Source: Takakia lepidozioides (lineage: Eukaryota; Plantae; Bryophyta). From it: a stretch of 64,000 nt of DNA. The notes under the pieces were generated by a model. The model had not been told where the DNA came from. It was given only the letters and a program-made list of their open reading frames with translations, and made no database searches. The DNA is taken from NCBI GenBank assembly GCA_030704615.1, contig CM060733.1, forward strand, positions 17,794,001 through 17,858,000, in the 5' to 3' direction. Positions within the stretch are counted from its first letter, which is position 1. Each line of letters starts with the position of its first letter. Shown piece after piece: positions 13,101 to 25,699 of this stretch. The position numbers and the translations under genes were made by a program.

Positions 13101-15899
13101 ACACTGACACGTTTAATAAGGCAGGCTTCACCATCCTGAGCCTGAAGGATGCTGCACCATCGCAAATACATGAGGGTATAAGTAAGTTCAGTGTGCTTTC
13201 TTCCCTTTTCAGTTTGGTGGATATGTATGTGGAGGACAACTATTATCACCTTAGGTGCGAGGGGAGGAGCAAACAACCGGGCAATATAGATGCTGAAGAA
13301 GAACCTTAAACTCGCAGTCAATGCTATACTTGCTTTCCTTCACTCCTTGCACCTCACCACAATCAGAACCATCACAGCACTCATCCTCAACAAAGGAAAG
13401 TGAAAAATTGATGTCACATAGTTCGGTCGTTCACAATAAGGGGGTAGTACCTGGGAGTGGAAGAGGTTCTCATTTACGCTGGCTCCGGCTGGCGTCATCT
13501 CATGCTCTCTCTCTGGAGGACAGCTGTTTGGATGTAGCCTTCCAAACGGCTTCGTAAGGAGATGGTAAGTGTGGTTTCTCTTTCTAGTTCTAATGTCAGC
13601 AAATGTGCAGTGGTAGCATTCAACGACAGAGGAGAGGGAGGAAGTGATCTTAAGTGGCAGTGGGGTAGCCAAGAGATCCCGGTCCTCCCTACCTACACTT
13701 ACCTGGGTGTTGAGTTCTCCTCCAATTGTAATTGGGATGCACATATCTGGAAAGTTGTTCAAACTGGCAAGGGCAAAGCTCTGGGGCTCACTAAATTTTT
13801 CCACTGCAGAGGGGTCAACTCTGAGGTTAAGAAAACCATGCTTTGTCGCGTTATTAGACCTGCCTTGGAGTACGGATCTGCTATATGGTTGTTTGATAAC
13901 TCCAACCAGGCTAAGTCTCTAGAATCCATTCAAGTGGGGGTGGCTTAAGGAGTGTATGTCAGCATGCTCCAAAACAGCCAATGTGGCTGTTCGGGGTGAG
14001 TTTGGCATTCCGTCCTTAAGCTCCCGACGAGATGAATTCAAGGTCAGATGGTGGGGTCAGCTGCAACATATGCCCAACACCAGATATCCTAAGTTAATCG
14101 ACTCTATATCTTGGAAACAGGACCGCCCTGTCAAACAGGGTAAGTCCTGGCAGAAGAGAGTAGAAGAGATCTCAAGGACCTGGACCTGGATCCGCAAGTC
14201 TTGACCCTGCTGGATAAATCTGACTTAGAGGCTGTAGGTCCCAGCCATGTCTGTTTCTAGTTATTTGGAGCTTAGCTGATTGATGACATCTGCTGTATGT
14301 CAGGTCCTGCGCTTGATTACATAGAAAATGCACTTGGGAAATATGCAAATGAAGGACCTTTCTTCCTCGGCAAGTTTGGTGTGGTGTGTATGCGATGCCT
14401 TCACCTTTGGGATATTTTTTACTTACATTTCCATGGCAAAGTCTAGCAAGGTCCTGCTGTAGCCTTTTGGCCGTAGACCCGGTGCCCAGTTTGGGAACCG
14501 ACACTACCTTTGGTAGGGGCTCACTTGGGACTTGAGGTGATATAACAATAAGTTAGGGCTTTCCAGATTTCCTCGAGAGAGCCCTTCACACAAGCATCAA
14601 TCTGCTGCATGTGAGCTTCTCAGCAAGTAGACCCTAAGAGGGTCAGGGCTTTACGCTCAGCCTGAAAGTTAGGGAACAGAGGTGCAGTGAGTACGTTCTT
14701 GATGGTCCTGAAGAGGGTTGCTCATTGATGAGAATACCCCTTGTATCAGAAAATGGATATTGTTTTCCTGCAGCCCCCCCGTTCAGTCCAGTGCCAAGGG
14801 TAGTTAGGCCCCCTTCAGCGAGGGAGAGAGGCCCTTCGAGAGAGAGAGGAGAGGGAGGAGAGGTGAAGGTTGAGAGATTTCCCAAGGTTCTGATATGTTG
14901 TTGTTTCAAAACTGGATGTGGGGTGGTTTCATCTTCTCAGAGAGATTATATAGTGAGAAAGTTTGTAACGTCCACTGGAACCTCTGAAAGAAAGGGATGA
15001 GCCGAAGGGGTTATCTCTGCTGGCTTGCAAGGTTAATGTCATATCCAGGTTTTCATGGTCCTTCTCCATTGCTTTGATGCAGGTGGATGTTGCATATGCG
15101 CCATTTATTGAACGGTTTGGAATTGCACTCCCCGGGATTAAAAACTATGACATTGCAGTTGGGCGACCAAACCTTACCAAGTGGATTGAGGTAAGGAATC
15201 TAGTCCTGCCGAAATCGTTGTTGATAGATACTTCATCTCTGAACATTTCTTTTTTCTCTGTCTCTCTTTATGGCTTTGATACAAGAAAGAAAATGCTCTC
15301 ATTTCTCTTTTCTTTTACAATGTGCCCTTCTTTTGTTTCCTTTCCAGCCCGCCGCACTAGAACCAAGTAACGCCTGTCCCCTAGTTTCTGTTTGCATGTG
15401 GGCTCTATAACTGCCATGTCAAGCATCAGATAACTAAACAATTAATCTCTTCTGTGAGTTCTTTCCAGCCCACTCTTTCTGTGATGTTACACTAGGTGTC
15501 AGCCTAAGGTCTTCAGAATGGGGTACTGATGTGGGTGGGAGTATAGGCTGTGAATAAGGTGGAGGCATATACAACCACAAAAGTTGATCGCAACATTCTA
15601 CTGGATTTGTTCAAGAGATTGCTGGTGAGCTGCCACTAAATTTGGAAGGCGCACATTAGAAAGCAGTTTCTAGGATCTCATTTTGTCACCTTGTAGTGCT
15701 CATATGCGATAGAGGAGAGAGAAGACCTGGCCCCCCATTGCTTGGTTTATCATGTTTGAGATTTTCGTGGAGGGGACCTGTGCATGTAAGTTGTTTAAGA
15801 AGATATGTTGAAGGCTTGCAGGAAAATGACTACTTCAAGAAGGCAGGGATGGTTGAGGACCGAACCCAAACCACCCCAGTACCTGTAGCTAGCACATAA
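10166..15899 (+). CDS. GSTL: Lambda-class glutathione S-transferase, copy C, 10 coding exons, 260 aa
   Basis: Exons 10166-10170, 11355-11423, 11670-11730, 12245-12328, 12498-12596, 13061-13181, 14304-14383, 15083-15190, 15547-15624, 15822-15899. Same exon sizes as copy B and an open frame. Confidence 0.88.
13590..14255 (+). mobile_element. Young internal LINE RT fragment inserted in intron 6 of GSTL copy C
   Basis: Nearly identical to 35025-35689 and absent from copy B. 13-bp target duplication TCTCTTTCTAGTT (13577-13589) / TCTGTTTCTAGTT (14250-14262). Confidence 0.9.
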
Positions 15900-16899
15900 T
15901 CCAGATTTTGTGCTGGATTGAGTGGATTGTAGAAAGAAAGTAAGGTGGGGTGATCATAACCTCGTGGATATGAAAGATCATGGCGAGCTTGCTCTCAAAG
16001 GTAGTTTTTAGATACATACCCAGTATGACCCAGTATGAACTGGGATATGCGACCAAACAATCAAGTTGCTTTAGTCAGAAGACCCAAATATCGTACTTTT
16101 TGCTCCAGAGCCTGTGGCTTGTACTTGATTCTTTGTCTTTATGTTGTGTAAACATGGTTAGCTAGCCATTGATTGCTCGAAAAAAGGAGAATGCTTCATG
16201 GGAAGAGTATGCTTGGCAGAATATTTGTGGGAGAAGAAATTAACTTACGTGACTGAAAAAGAAGGTAAGAAAATAGGGACTACACAGCATGATCTTATAT
16301 GTGGTTGTTATCTTTGCAAATGAAGATAATCATGACTCGTGTAAGAATTTTCACTTCCAAAACAAGTCAAGAGTCGTCGACCAGATCATCTCCCTCGACA
16401 GTCCATGTTTATCTTGACGATGTGGTGGACTCCACCACCCTCACCTCCCTCATTTGGAAGAGGCTATACAAAATTGAGAGGAGAGTTGGTCCTGTAATGC
16501 AAAAACGAGGCTCTTAAACGTGCTCACAAAGTCAAGTCAGTAATTTAGACATTGTACTGCCGCAGCGGAAGAGAAAATAACACGACATCTTTCTATTCCG
16601 AGATCTGATCATAAATCTTATAAATGCACATTTCCTACTGAGATGCTCATAATATCTGTTGTGCATGCCTGAGTGTGGTTCATCGGGCACTTTGTCATCT
16701 TTGACATCCTTTTTGGCATTCAGAACGATCAGTCCATCAGTTAGCCTTTCCCAAACTACTTAAACTAACCCCTTTGCGTAATATTCAACAACACAATCTA
16801 ATGTCTTTCTAACTGACCTTTGGTACAGCGTTGAACTGTCATTTTCAGAACTTAATAGCTCTTCGCCAGCAAGACTGTTCTTTCCAATCTGAAGTGTCC

Positions 16900-17340
16900 T
16901 CCACTCAATTATCATAATCCTTTGAGATAACAAGAGCCCTACGGGTGTGATCAGATCTGACGGCCCCCCATATGAAGTTCCGCATGAGAGCCTTAATCTT
17001 TTTGATGATGTCAACCCCAGGAGACCAAACAGAGGCGGTGAACCAGCAGGAAGCCAGAGCACTTGATTGACAATTAGTGCTTTGCCCGCATTGGAAAGGT
17101 CCAGTATGCTAATTTCTTCTTGAGGTTGGACAAGACAGCTTCAGCCCTTAGGCTGTCACTCAGATCATGGCCAATGACGTGGCCCAATGAGCTACCAACT
17201 TGCAGCCAGGAAAGCCCAACATTACCACCCCAGCTCAGGCAATGAGAAGCGCTTGAAGAGTCTTTCAGCCTAACTTAGAGAGGATCCCTTTGGATTTGTT
17301 CCAAATTGATGCTGAGGCTAGAGTTTCGCAGCAGCATATT
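16900..17340 (-). mobile_element. L1-clade LINE ORF2 remnant
   Basis: Frameshifted translation LSNAGKALIVNQVL..SCWFTASVWSPGVDIIKKIKALMRNFIWG, typical of the post-RT region of plant L1 ORF2. Confidence 0.6.
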
Positions 17341-18976
17341 CTCAAGAATCTTCTAGAATATGCAGATATTTCTTTGTGCTCACGCCCGCTAGCGTGAGCA
17401 TGCTCACATGTTACCCCAACCCCTCATGCGAATAGGGTTCTAAAATAGCGAAAATGATGTTAGTTGTGTGCCTATTTGTGTGCCTCTGTCCCTAATTATG
17501 TCCCTAAACCCTAATAAAAATAGGCACACGTAATGTATATCTTCAAGCTCCAAGTTCAACATGTCTACAACTTGGTATCTGTACATAACCCAGAGGAATT
17601 TACTAGGAGTAAATACCAGAAATTACCAAGTTACCATATTATCGAAAATTATCATGATTTATAGTGATTTATCATGATCTTTCATGATTTATCATAAGTT
17701 ACCATTAGTTATCAAGTTATCGAGAGTTTATCAAATTACCGAGAGTAACTTGGAAACTGCTCATGAAGCTTCATTTTGAGGAAAACTTCATCAAGATACT
17801 TCTTTTGTTTAAGGAAACTTCTCCATCAAGAAACCTTTGTTTAACCTTGGAAACTTCTCCATCACGAAAGCTCCATTGGGGAAGCTTCTTGGGAAGCTTC
17901 CTAGTAGCCTGTATATATAGGAGGCGAGACTGGACACTCTTCAGTCTCGCCAACACAAGTTTAAGCTACTCTTGTTTCCAGTCCCAGTACTTCAGTTCAG
18001 CTTCCAGTACTCTAGCCCAGTTTTTCCAATATCTAGCACTCTAGTCCAGTTTCCAGCATTCTAATATTAAAGTCGAGTTCCAGTATCTTGTACTCTTGTC
18101 CATTGTTATAAAGATCATCTTGATTCATGATTACCCATCATGCATTCGGCCACGCCGACCTTGACTTCTTGTCTAGTCTTGTACATCTAGTCTGATCTCT
18201 TGTTTGTGTTCAGTCACGTTCTCGTCTTTGACAGTAGCCTACAAAAGAAAAACACATTAGGAAAAAACAAAGTCACAATAACCAACATCATCCAAAACAC
18301 ACCAATACCAAACAATAATTGAACAATTTAATATAATGAGGCAAACAACGGGTTTCTGTAGCAAAATAAATCAAGGTATCGGGCTTCGTCAGCAAAATAA
18401 TGGGTTTCGCAAGTGAAATAATGGATTTTGCCAGTGAAATTTTTAGGTATCGCTGCGTAGGTCATTATCCAATGGTTTCGTGGGCGAAACAAAATGTGTT
18501 GTGTTTGGTTTTGCATATAAGAGACGACATAAAATTGTTTATTTCTCCAATGAATTGTTATGGGCTTATTGCGGTACGTCGGTACCCATGTTTTCATGAG
18601 CGAAACATAATGAAATAATCTAAGTTTCGCGTATTACTGTTTGCATCGAACGTCACCTGCACTTGACTAAATACGCAACTATTAATCAACGAAAATCCTT
18701 GATAGATACGGCACCTACCAGATATTCTTTATGCCCATACTTCGCGTGGCTTGTGCTCACATGAGCACAAGTCTGCTCACGTGAGCACAAATTGCACATT
18801 TTAGTTTCGTCATCGCATCTTTTCGGGAATATTTTTGGAATTTCCGGTATATCGTCTTCTACTCACGTGAGCAAGCGCACATAGGCGTGAGCCTACTCAC
18901 GTGTTACCCTCAAAGAATGTTGTCAAGTAACTTTGTGAGTGTTATAATTTCATTATATTCAGTTCCCTTCAGATTT

Positions 18977-19702
18977 TTCTTTCAATTTTTCTTTTTCTTT
19001 TTCTTTAAAATTTAAAACATGGGCTAAGGCCATGGAGAAACTTTATTTTTGATCATTTCAAAACCCCCAGGTACTCCATGAGGTACATACACCGTATTCA
19101 GAGTAGGAAGAACTATACCCCTTCATAAGGTACGACCAAAAGAGCTAGCAGGCCCATAGGCCTAAAAACAAAGAATGATCCATACACCGACCAAAGGGCC
19201 ATATGACTAGAGGCCATCATAACATGGTCACACCATAAAACTAAGTGAAGTACAATGAACGCGCGGACACTAATTAGTCTTTATGTTTGAGATTATGACG
19301 AGTGATCAATTAATGAAATTGTAGTATGGAGGCATTTGTGGAGAGCTTATAGAGGTGTTTTCGTTGATACCACACTCAAATTCCGGGGATGCGGTGGATG
19401 GTTGCGCGGGGGTCTCTCCAGCGGGGTGGGGGTTGCTTGGTCCAAACGCAATGGTCCTTCTACGCACTGTAGCAAATGATGCCGAAGTTTCTTGGAAGGC
19501 AACGTAGAGCGAATCTGCATCCCTTTGAGCTATATGGATGTCTGCAGAGAATTCGGCCCAGGCCTTCCTTAAACATTAGGGACAAGTGAGAAGACTCCTG
19601 AAAAAGTCCTAGAGCATTGGGCCTTCCACAAGTGCCAAAGTGTCGAACTTATGAATGTCTCAAAGACCAGACAAGAGATATTTGCTTACTGGTTTCAGTT
19701 CT
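18977..19702 (-). mobile_element. 5'-truncated L1-like LINE 3' end
   Basis: Minus-strand STLWHLWKAQCSRTF (plant L1 C-terminal W.IWK.R motif). T-rich tail at about 18975-19006. Bracketed by the direct repeat ATTATATTCAGTTCCCTTCAGATTT (18952-18976 / 19703-19727). Confidence 0.55.
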
Positions 19703-21354
19703 ATTATATTCAGTTCCCTTCAGATTTATTACTTAGATATATTCACTTCAGCTCTATTATATTCACTTCTCTTCCATTATATTCAGTTTCTCTTCACATT
19801 TATCCCTACGATTTCATCACATTCAATTTTATCTTTTCGCATTTGTTCCCTGCATTTAGTTTATTATTTTTTTCACAGACTTTGCATTACATAATAACAT
19901 TACGGTTTTACAGTCAAACCTAGATAATTGTTATGCTCCAAGAGTATAGAATATATAAAATTTAGGCAGTTATATCAAAAAAACGGTAAAACAGGCTGAA
20001 ATCTTAGAACATAACTATTAGAAATATAACATTAAATGAGGTCAATCAGATGCAAGATAACATTTAATGAGATGGCTGAAAATATGCGTAATGTCTATTT
20101 GCTGGCAGTTCGCCTGCTTAGCAAGATGCAATTTTTTTCTCCATGGATAAATATTTTGAAAGAGCAACAAACCGTTTCTGCAGTCTTTTTGACCTCAGAG
20201 TAGTAAGAGACTGAAGGTACATATCAGGTTACTAATTCTTCTTCATCGTCCTCTTGGATTTCTTCACTTGGTGCGACCATGTCCCATATTTTTTCATCTG
20301 TCGGTTCAAATGGCTTAGATCAAAGTGAAATTGATCTTCAAACTGAAGTAGTGATAAAGATGACGCATCTCTGGGTGGACATCATTTTAAGTGAATGTTA
20401 ACTTAACTTAACTGAGTGCTAAGTGGGTGTGTTACCAACTTGAGGGGCTGTTATTCATGGAGGTGATTTGTTAGTGGTCAAAACAGATTATTCCTTATTT
20501 GATCCAACTAGTTTAGAGGTGTATACTGAATGTAACAATTAGAGAGGTGCTTTAACACAGAGGAGAGTAGGTAGTCAATAATAAATACCACTCTTTTTGT
20601 CATTCTTAGTGTATATTTTTACAGAGTGGGAAATCATAACATTTATGATGATATAACAAAAGAAAAGGTAACATTTATCAGGGTTGACTGTAGTACGCAA
20701 AGTGAAAGCGAGCTTTGTTAAAAGAAAACTGATTGCAAGCCTCATTGCCAACATCTGCAATGAGGCTCTGCAATCTGCAAACTATGACAGTTTGGGAGTT
20801 TACCAAAGTGAGATGTGCGACAAGTCATCCCTACATTTGGACTATAACTTAAAACATTCAATAGTTAGTCATTGCTCGACACTTGTATATTTAAGATTTT
20901 TGTCAAAATGATAGGTAGTATGTTAATGTATGCCCAGTTTGGAAAGATTCATAGTTACTTTATTTCTACTTTTTATACATGCAGCTAGTCGGCGTAAGTA
21001 AGAGCCACTTCACCTTGCAGCTAGTGTCTCCTTGTAGGGGTGGGCCATATGAAGAAAGTGGGCCCGTATCCAAGGTACGTAAGATACCAATGGTGGATAT
21101 GCCACCATAAGATAGTTTTGTATCCGACCATACCAAATTATTATAGTATACAAATTTTCAGTCAATACTCTTACAGAGGTATCATCTAGAAATAGAAACT
21201 ATGTCTGTGGGTCTACCAAAGGCATGTCACACTCTTATCAATCAATATTATTACAGAGGTATCATCTTGAAAATGAATCAATGTTTGTTTCTCCTCTCCC
21301 GGAGGTATATCAAACTCATATCCATTAACACTCCAATAGAGGTACCATATCATA

Positions 21355-21519
21355 TGTTGTGCGCATACATATCGCTACACAACTACATCGCTGTCTAAAA
21401 CCACACAACACATGTGCACGCCACACACTAGTCCACCACTAGTCCAACCACTAGGCTACAACTAATCAGTCACTAGGCTGCCACTATGCTGCCCACTATG
21501 GCAGTCACTAGTCCACACA
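21355..21519 (-). repeat. Terminal repeat B2 (165 bp), 3' end of the element
   Basis: Direct repeat of 21850-22034. Ends ...CA in element sense, next to the TSD CATA. Confidence 0.92.
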
Positions 21520-21520
21520 A

Positions 21521-21847
21521 TGATAAAGAAGCAGAATACAAGCACAAGCTCATGCGAACTCACAAAGCTGAAGCATAAACTCATGCATATATAAACTCAT
21601 CACTCAAATACAAGTCAAGCCAAGTGCACCCCACGCCATGGGGAATCCACACTACGGCGCCATAGCTAGGCGCGGTGAGGCTCAACTCGAGAAAGATGAG
21701 CCTCTCGCGCTTGCCGTGAAGATAACCACTCCAGGGCCTAAATCTGCCTTGACCCCTGGATTGACACTTGGGCCAATCCCAAATGTCAATATGTAAAAGC
21801 TAGCTATTTCTTAGCTAATTTCATACTAGTTGTAAAATAACTCGACA
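21521..21847 (-). repeat. Repeat A2 (327 bp)
   Basis: Direct repeat of 31934-32260. Confidence 0.95.
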
Positions 21848-21849
21848 GC

Positions 21850-22034
21850 TGTCGTACGCATACATATCGCTACACAACTACATCATTGTCCAAAACCACA
21901 CAACACATGTGCACACACACTAGTATACCACTAGTCCACCACTAGTCCAGCCACTAGTCCAACCACTAGGCTACAACTAGTCAGTCACTAGGCTGCCACT
22001 ATGCTGCCCACTATGGCAGTCACTAGTCCACACA
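21850..22034 (-). repeat. Repeat B1 (185 bp), immediately after the polypurine tract
   Basis: Direct repeat of 21355-21519 with extra CCACTAGT units. In element sense it is preceded by AGGGGGGCG-AT and starts TG. Confidence 0.92.
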
Positions 22035-22036
22035 AT

Positions 22037-22045
22037 CGCCCCCCT
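22037..22045 (-). other. Polypurine tract (plus-strand primer)
   Basis: AGGGGGGCG followed by AT and the TG start of repeat B1, downstream of the integrase stop. Confidence 0.75.
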
Positions 22046-22294
22046 AGCTGGTACTTAGGTCCCTCTAAGTCCAGGTAGCCACAAGATGTGATAGTGACCA
22101 TAACCTCACTAAGTCCTCCACCACTGTCCCTATTACACTCAAACTCGATAGATCAAGAGGCCGGGTGCAAGAGTTGCCCCATCGTTAGTCGTCATCTTGC
22201 AACTTGTGAACTTGAACCTGGGATCTCGTGTATTGACTCCTATGAGTTCGGCCTCCTATGTCTTGTTAGCTGCCTCTAGTCATGTCCACTGCCA

Positions 22295-23560
22295 CTATCC
22301 CAAGCAGTGTGGACATAACCAATCTCCATCAGGAACCCTCTCAAGAGGTGATGTCAAGCATCCCATATGCCAACCTCTTGAGCATCGATCACACACCAGC
22401 ATGGTGGCTGCCCCTTTGACAAACCCACAGAGCATGCACCTCAAACCTGCAGGTACCACTTCCAAGTTTGGGTCAACTCTGCCATCGACATTGGGAAGGT
22501 GACATGGCGCACAATTACGCACATGGTCTTTCCAAGTCATGTCATCCCGACCCTCCAAGATCAGGACTCCTGAGGGCAACACCTCTCGAACCCTCAGAAT
22601 AACACGCCCTGCAGTGACATCCAGGGTCATAGGAGCAGTTTGCTGCAAATAAACATAGTCACCCGGGCTAAACCGCCGAACCCCAGGACGATATCCTCCA
22701 CCACGTATAGTGGCATACCTCAACGTATCACGGTGTTGTGCAATGGCAAGGTTCTCAAAAGCCATAGGCATGACTTTCTTGAACAACTCTGCACGCTGAT
22801 CACATGCACGTACCCACACGTCCGGATCGTCAAGGTTAAGGACTTGAGCAGTGTCCCTACGAATGGCTGCAGGCAAATCCGGCTCTCGGCCAAAGAGAAG
22901 GAAATATGGTGAGAAGGAGGCAAGTGATGCTTGTTTGCTGAACCTGTAGCCCATGGCTAACCAATGCACCTGAAGATCCCAATCTCCTAGGTGTCCCTTT
23001 TGCAAGCCATACTTGCGCAAACCCCTCTTCACCGTCTGAACAACTCGCTCTGCCAAGCCATCGGCCTCAGGATGATCCCGAGAAGTGGTGCGGTGGTCTA
23101 TCAAGGCTTTATCATACAAAGCCTCAAACTCCCCCAAAAACTCTCTCCCTTGGTCCGTGAGTATCTCAGCTAGAGCACCGAATCGGCTAAGCACACGATC
23201 CAAGAATGCATACGCAACCCCCTCACTAGCCTTGTCAGGCAATGGAACCAACTCAATCCACTTGGAGAAGTGCTCCACCATTTCCAACACATATCTGTGG
23301 TGGCGCATAGTCAGTGGCAACGGTCCTGCAAAGTCAAGACTCCACCTGTAGCCCAATCCCATGATTGGTAAATGATGCAACTGTGGTGTAGGGGCGTTGA
23401 ATGAAGCACGCACCCTGTCACACACCATGCACCTAGCCACGAACTGTTGCACCTCTGTATGCATACCACGCCACCAATACTGCCCCTACAGTAAACTGTG
23501 AGTACGTCGCACTCCAAAATGCCCCAACTCCTCATGGGCATGTCGTACTAACCGTGCACG
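22295..23560 (-). pseudogene. DDE integrase with C-terminal PHD finger
   Basis: HHCC (HEELGH...CMVC); DDE triad SLDFAG / TDQG / AERVV; PHD C4HC3 CMLC..CDRC..WH..C..VPDGDWLCPHC at 22298-22438. Confidence 0.93.
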
Positions 23561-23852
23561 CTGTGTGGGATGAGGCACAATCCTCACCCCGACCATCCTC
23601 CCATACTCGGAGCAGGTGTATCCTCCCACTTGAACCTCTTGGCTCGTTGCAGGATCCGATCCCTCTTCTTGGCAGTCACAGTGGCTGCCGTGTCTCCAGT
23701 ACGGAGGTAGTCCAACACAGCCGAATCCTCATGTATATCTCGGGTACCACCTGACTCATCACTAGCCTCAGGGTCCTCAGACACTCCGTCATCCCTGTTG
23801 TAGGTCCAACCTGACCTCCCGATGCCAAGATACACAAAAAAACAGATGCATG

Positions 23853-25412
23853 TCATCCCGGCACCATCTCCTCGTCCGTCTCACCATGCCACCAAGCTCC
23901 AGTGTCATCTTGTTGGCTCGTGCATGGATTGCAACTCAATCCATCCACATCCCGATTGACCAAACCCGGTCGATGCACAACTTGAAAGTCATACTCTTGG
24001 AGTATGAGTGCCCACCGTGCAAACTTCCCCGTAAGCTTGTCTGACTCCATCATCCATTTGAGTGGCTGATGATCCGTGACAAGGGTGAAGAGATTTCCAT
24101 ATAGATAGCACCTGAAGTGTGTCACTGCAGCTAAGCACTCTCCCTCATATGAGCTGTACTTAGCCTCTGCAACGTTGTTCGAGCGACTAACATAAGCCAC
24201 TACGAACTCTCTTCCCTCATCATCCACCTGTATGAGCACCGTTCCAAGCCCCAGCATGCTCCAATCCGTATGCAGCTGAAAGGGACGTCCCCTGATAGGT
24301 CGTCTTAGGATAAGCGCCGAGGTCAACCTCGCCTTGAGCTCTTGAAAAGCTCGTTCCTGCTCATCTTCCCACTGCCACTCCTGGTCCACCTTGGTCAGCT
24401 TGGTTAGAGCCTTCGCAATGGCACTAAATCCCTTGATAAACCGTCTATAATAGTTTGCCAACCCCATGAAAGCTCGAACTCGGCTCATATCCGTGGGGCG
24501 TGGAATTTGTGCAATGGCCTCTACCTTAGTCTGCTGTACCCCTAATCCTCTAGGATATATCATGTGACCCAGATACTCAATCTGGTTGTGGAAAAACTTG
24601 CACTTCCCCGGATGCAACTTCAATCCGCGTGCTCTCAAGCGCTCCAATACCACCTGAAGGTGTCTCTCATGCTCCTCCATCATAGCACTAAAGATGATGA
24701 TGTCATCTATGTAGCACCGAGCAAAGTCCACCCCTGCTAGAATCCTATCCATGACTCTCTGAAACTCTGCAGGAGCATTCTTAAGCCCAAATGGTAAGAA
24801 CCGCCACTGATATAGGCAATCATTGCCGTGTTCATTGATCCCCCATAATGTTGTCTTCTGCTTGTCCGCCTCCTTGATCGGCAACTGGTGATATCCAGAT
24901 CGTAAATCCAAAGTGCTAACGACCTTAGCATGCCCGATGACATCAAAAATCTCCTCTGGTGTTGGCATGGCATACTTATCGGACTTGGTCTGACGATTTA
25001 CAGGCCGGTAATCATCGCACATACGTCTCTCCGTCCAATTGCCATAGACACCCTTCTTGGCTGGCATCACTGTGGCTGAAGCATACTCTCCACCAGAGAG
25101 CTCCACCAAACCAGCCTCCCAGAGATCTTGAGTCCTCATCTGAATCAAAGACCTCTCCATGTCACTGTATCTATAGGGTCTCCAAAAGATTGGCGTGTCA
25201 GTGGCCAACTCAATATGAATCTCTTGACCCTTCAGTGCTCCCAAGTCCTTCAAACTGAAGGCAAAGCAATTCCTATAAGCCCTCAGGAACCGCCGTATAC
25301 GTCGTCTCTCTCCTCCGGTGACAATGGGTCCAATGTCAGGCTCCCAATTGTCTTCCGTAACTGCAACCTTAAGTCCAGTGGGCTTAGAGGTAGAGGACGC
25401 ATCCAGTGGTTG
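23853..25412 (-). pseudogene. Reverse transcriptase plus RNase H of the DNMT-gypsy element
   Basis: [38 protein letters not shown]; RNase H LHTDWS, YEGECLA, TDHQPL, DGLS. Confidence 0.95.
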
Positions 25413-25699
25413 TTATATTGCAACCTCTTGAGTAGTACTCCCTGCCTGCTTAGTCAATGACAAAGCCTCATCCTGCCCCATCATCTCATCCTCGAGGACT
25501 TCCTCAACCCGAGAAAAATCCCCAACCTCATCCATCACCGCCGCCCTGGCTGCCAACTCCCTCTGAACCTCGAGCACCTCCCACGTGTGCCACGGATGCC
25601 TGCACCCCGTGGTCCTCTCATGCTCACCCCCACTCACTGCCTGTACCGTCTCGGTAGGCAGAGAGACCATCGAGGGAAGTGTACTCGGCACTCTGCGTT

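Larger units (their letters stand above)
1..16480 (+). repeat. Tandem segmental duplication, unit about 7.1-7.6 kb, carrying the GSTL genes
   Basis: Exons, introns and flanks recur at high identity. Exon 8 starts at 358, 7970 and 15083; the promoter and intron 1 region 2600-4420 matches 9600-11350. Confidence 0.93.

Noticed and set aside
17409-18231. Possible solo LTR (TG start, TATATATA at about 17912, ..GACA end)
   Set aside because: No TSD, no second copy, and no PBS or PPT in the window.
21420-21520. CCACTAGT-type short repeats resembling a CRISPR-like array
   Set aside because: No unique spacers, eukaryotic context; they are sub-repeats within repeat B.
21355-22034. B2-A2-B1 read as an independent TRIM with B as its LTRs
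   Set aside because: No TSD around it, the PPT lies outside B1 on the integrase side, and the CATA TSD pairs 21351 with 32261.
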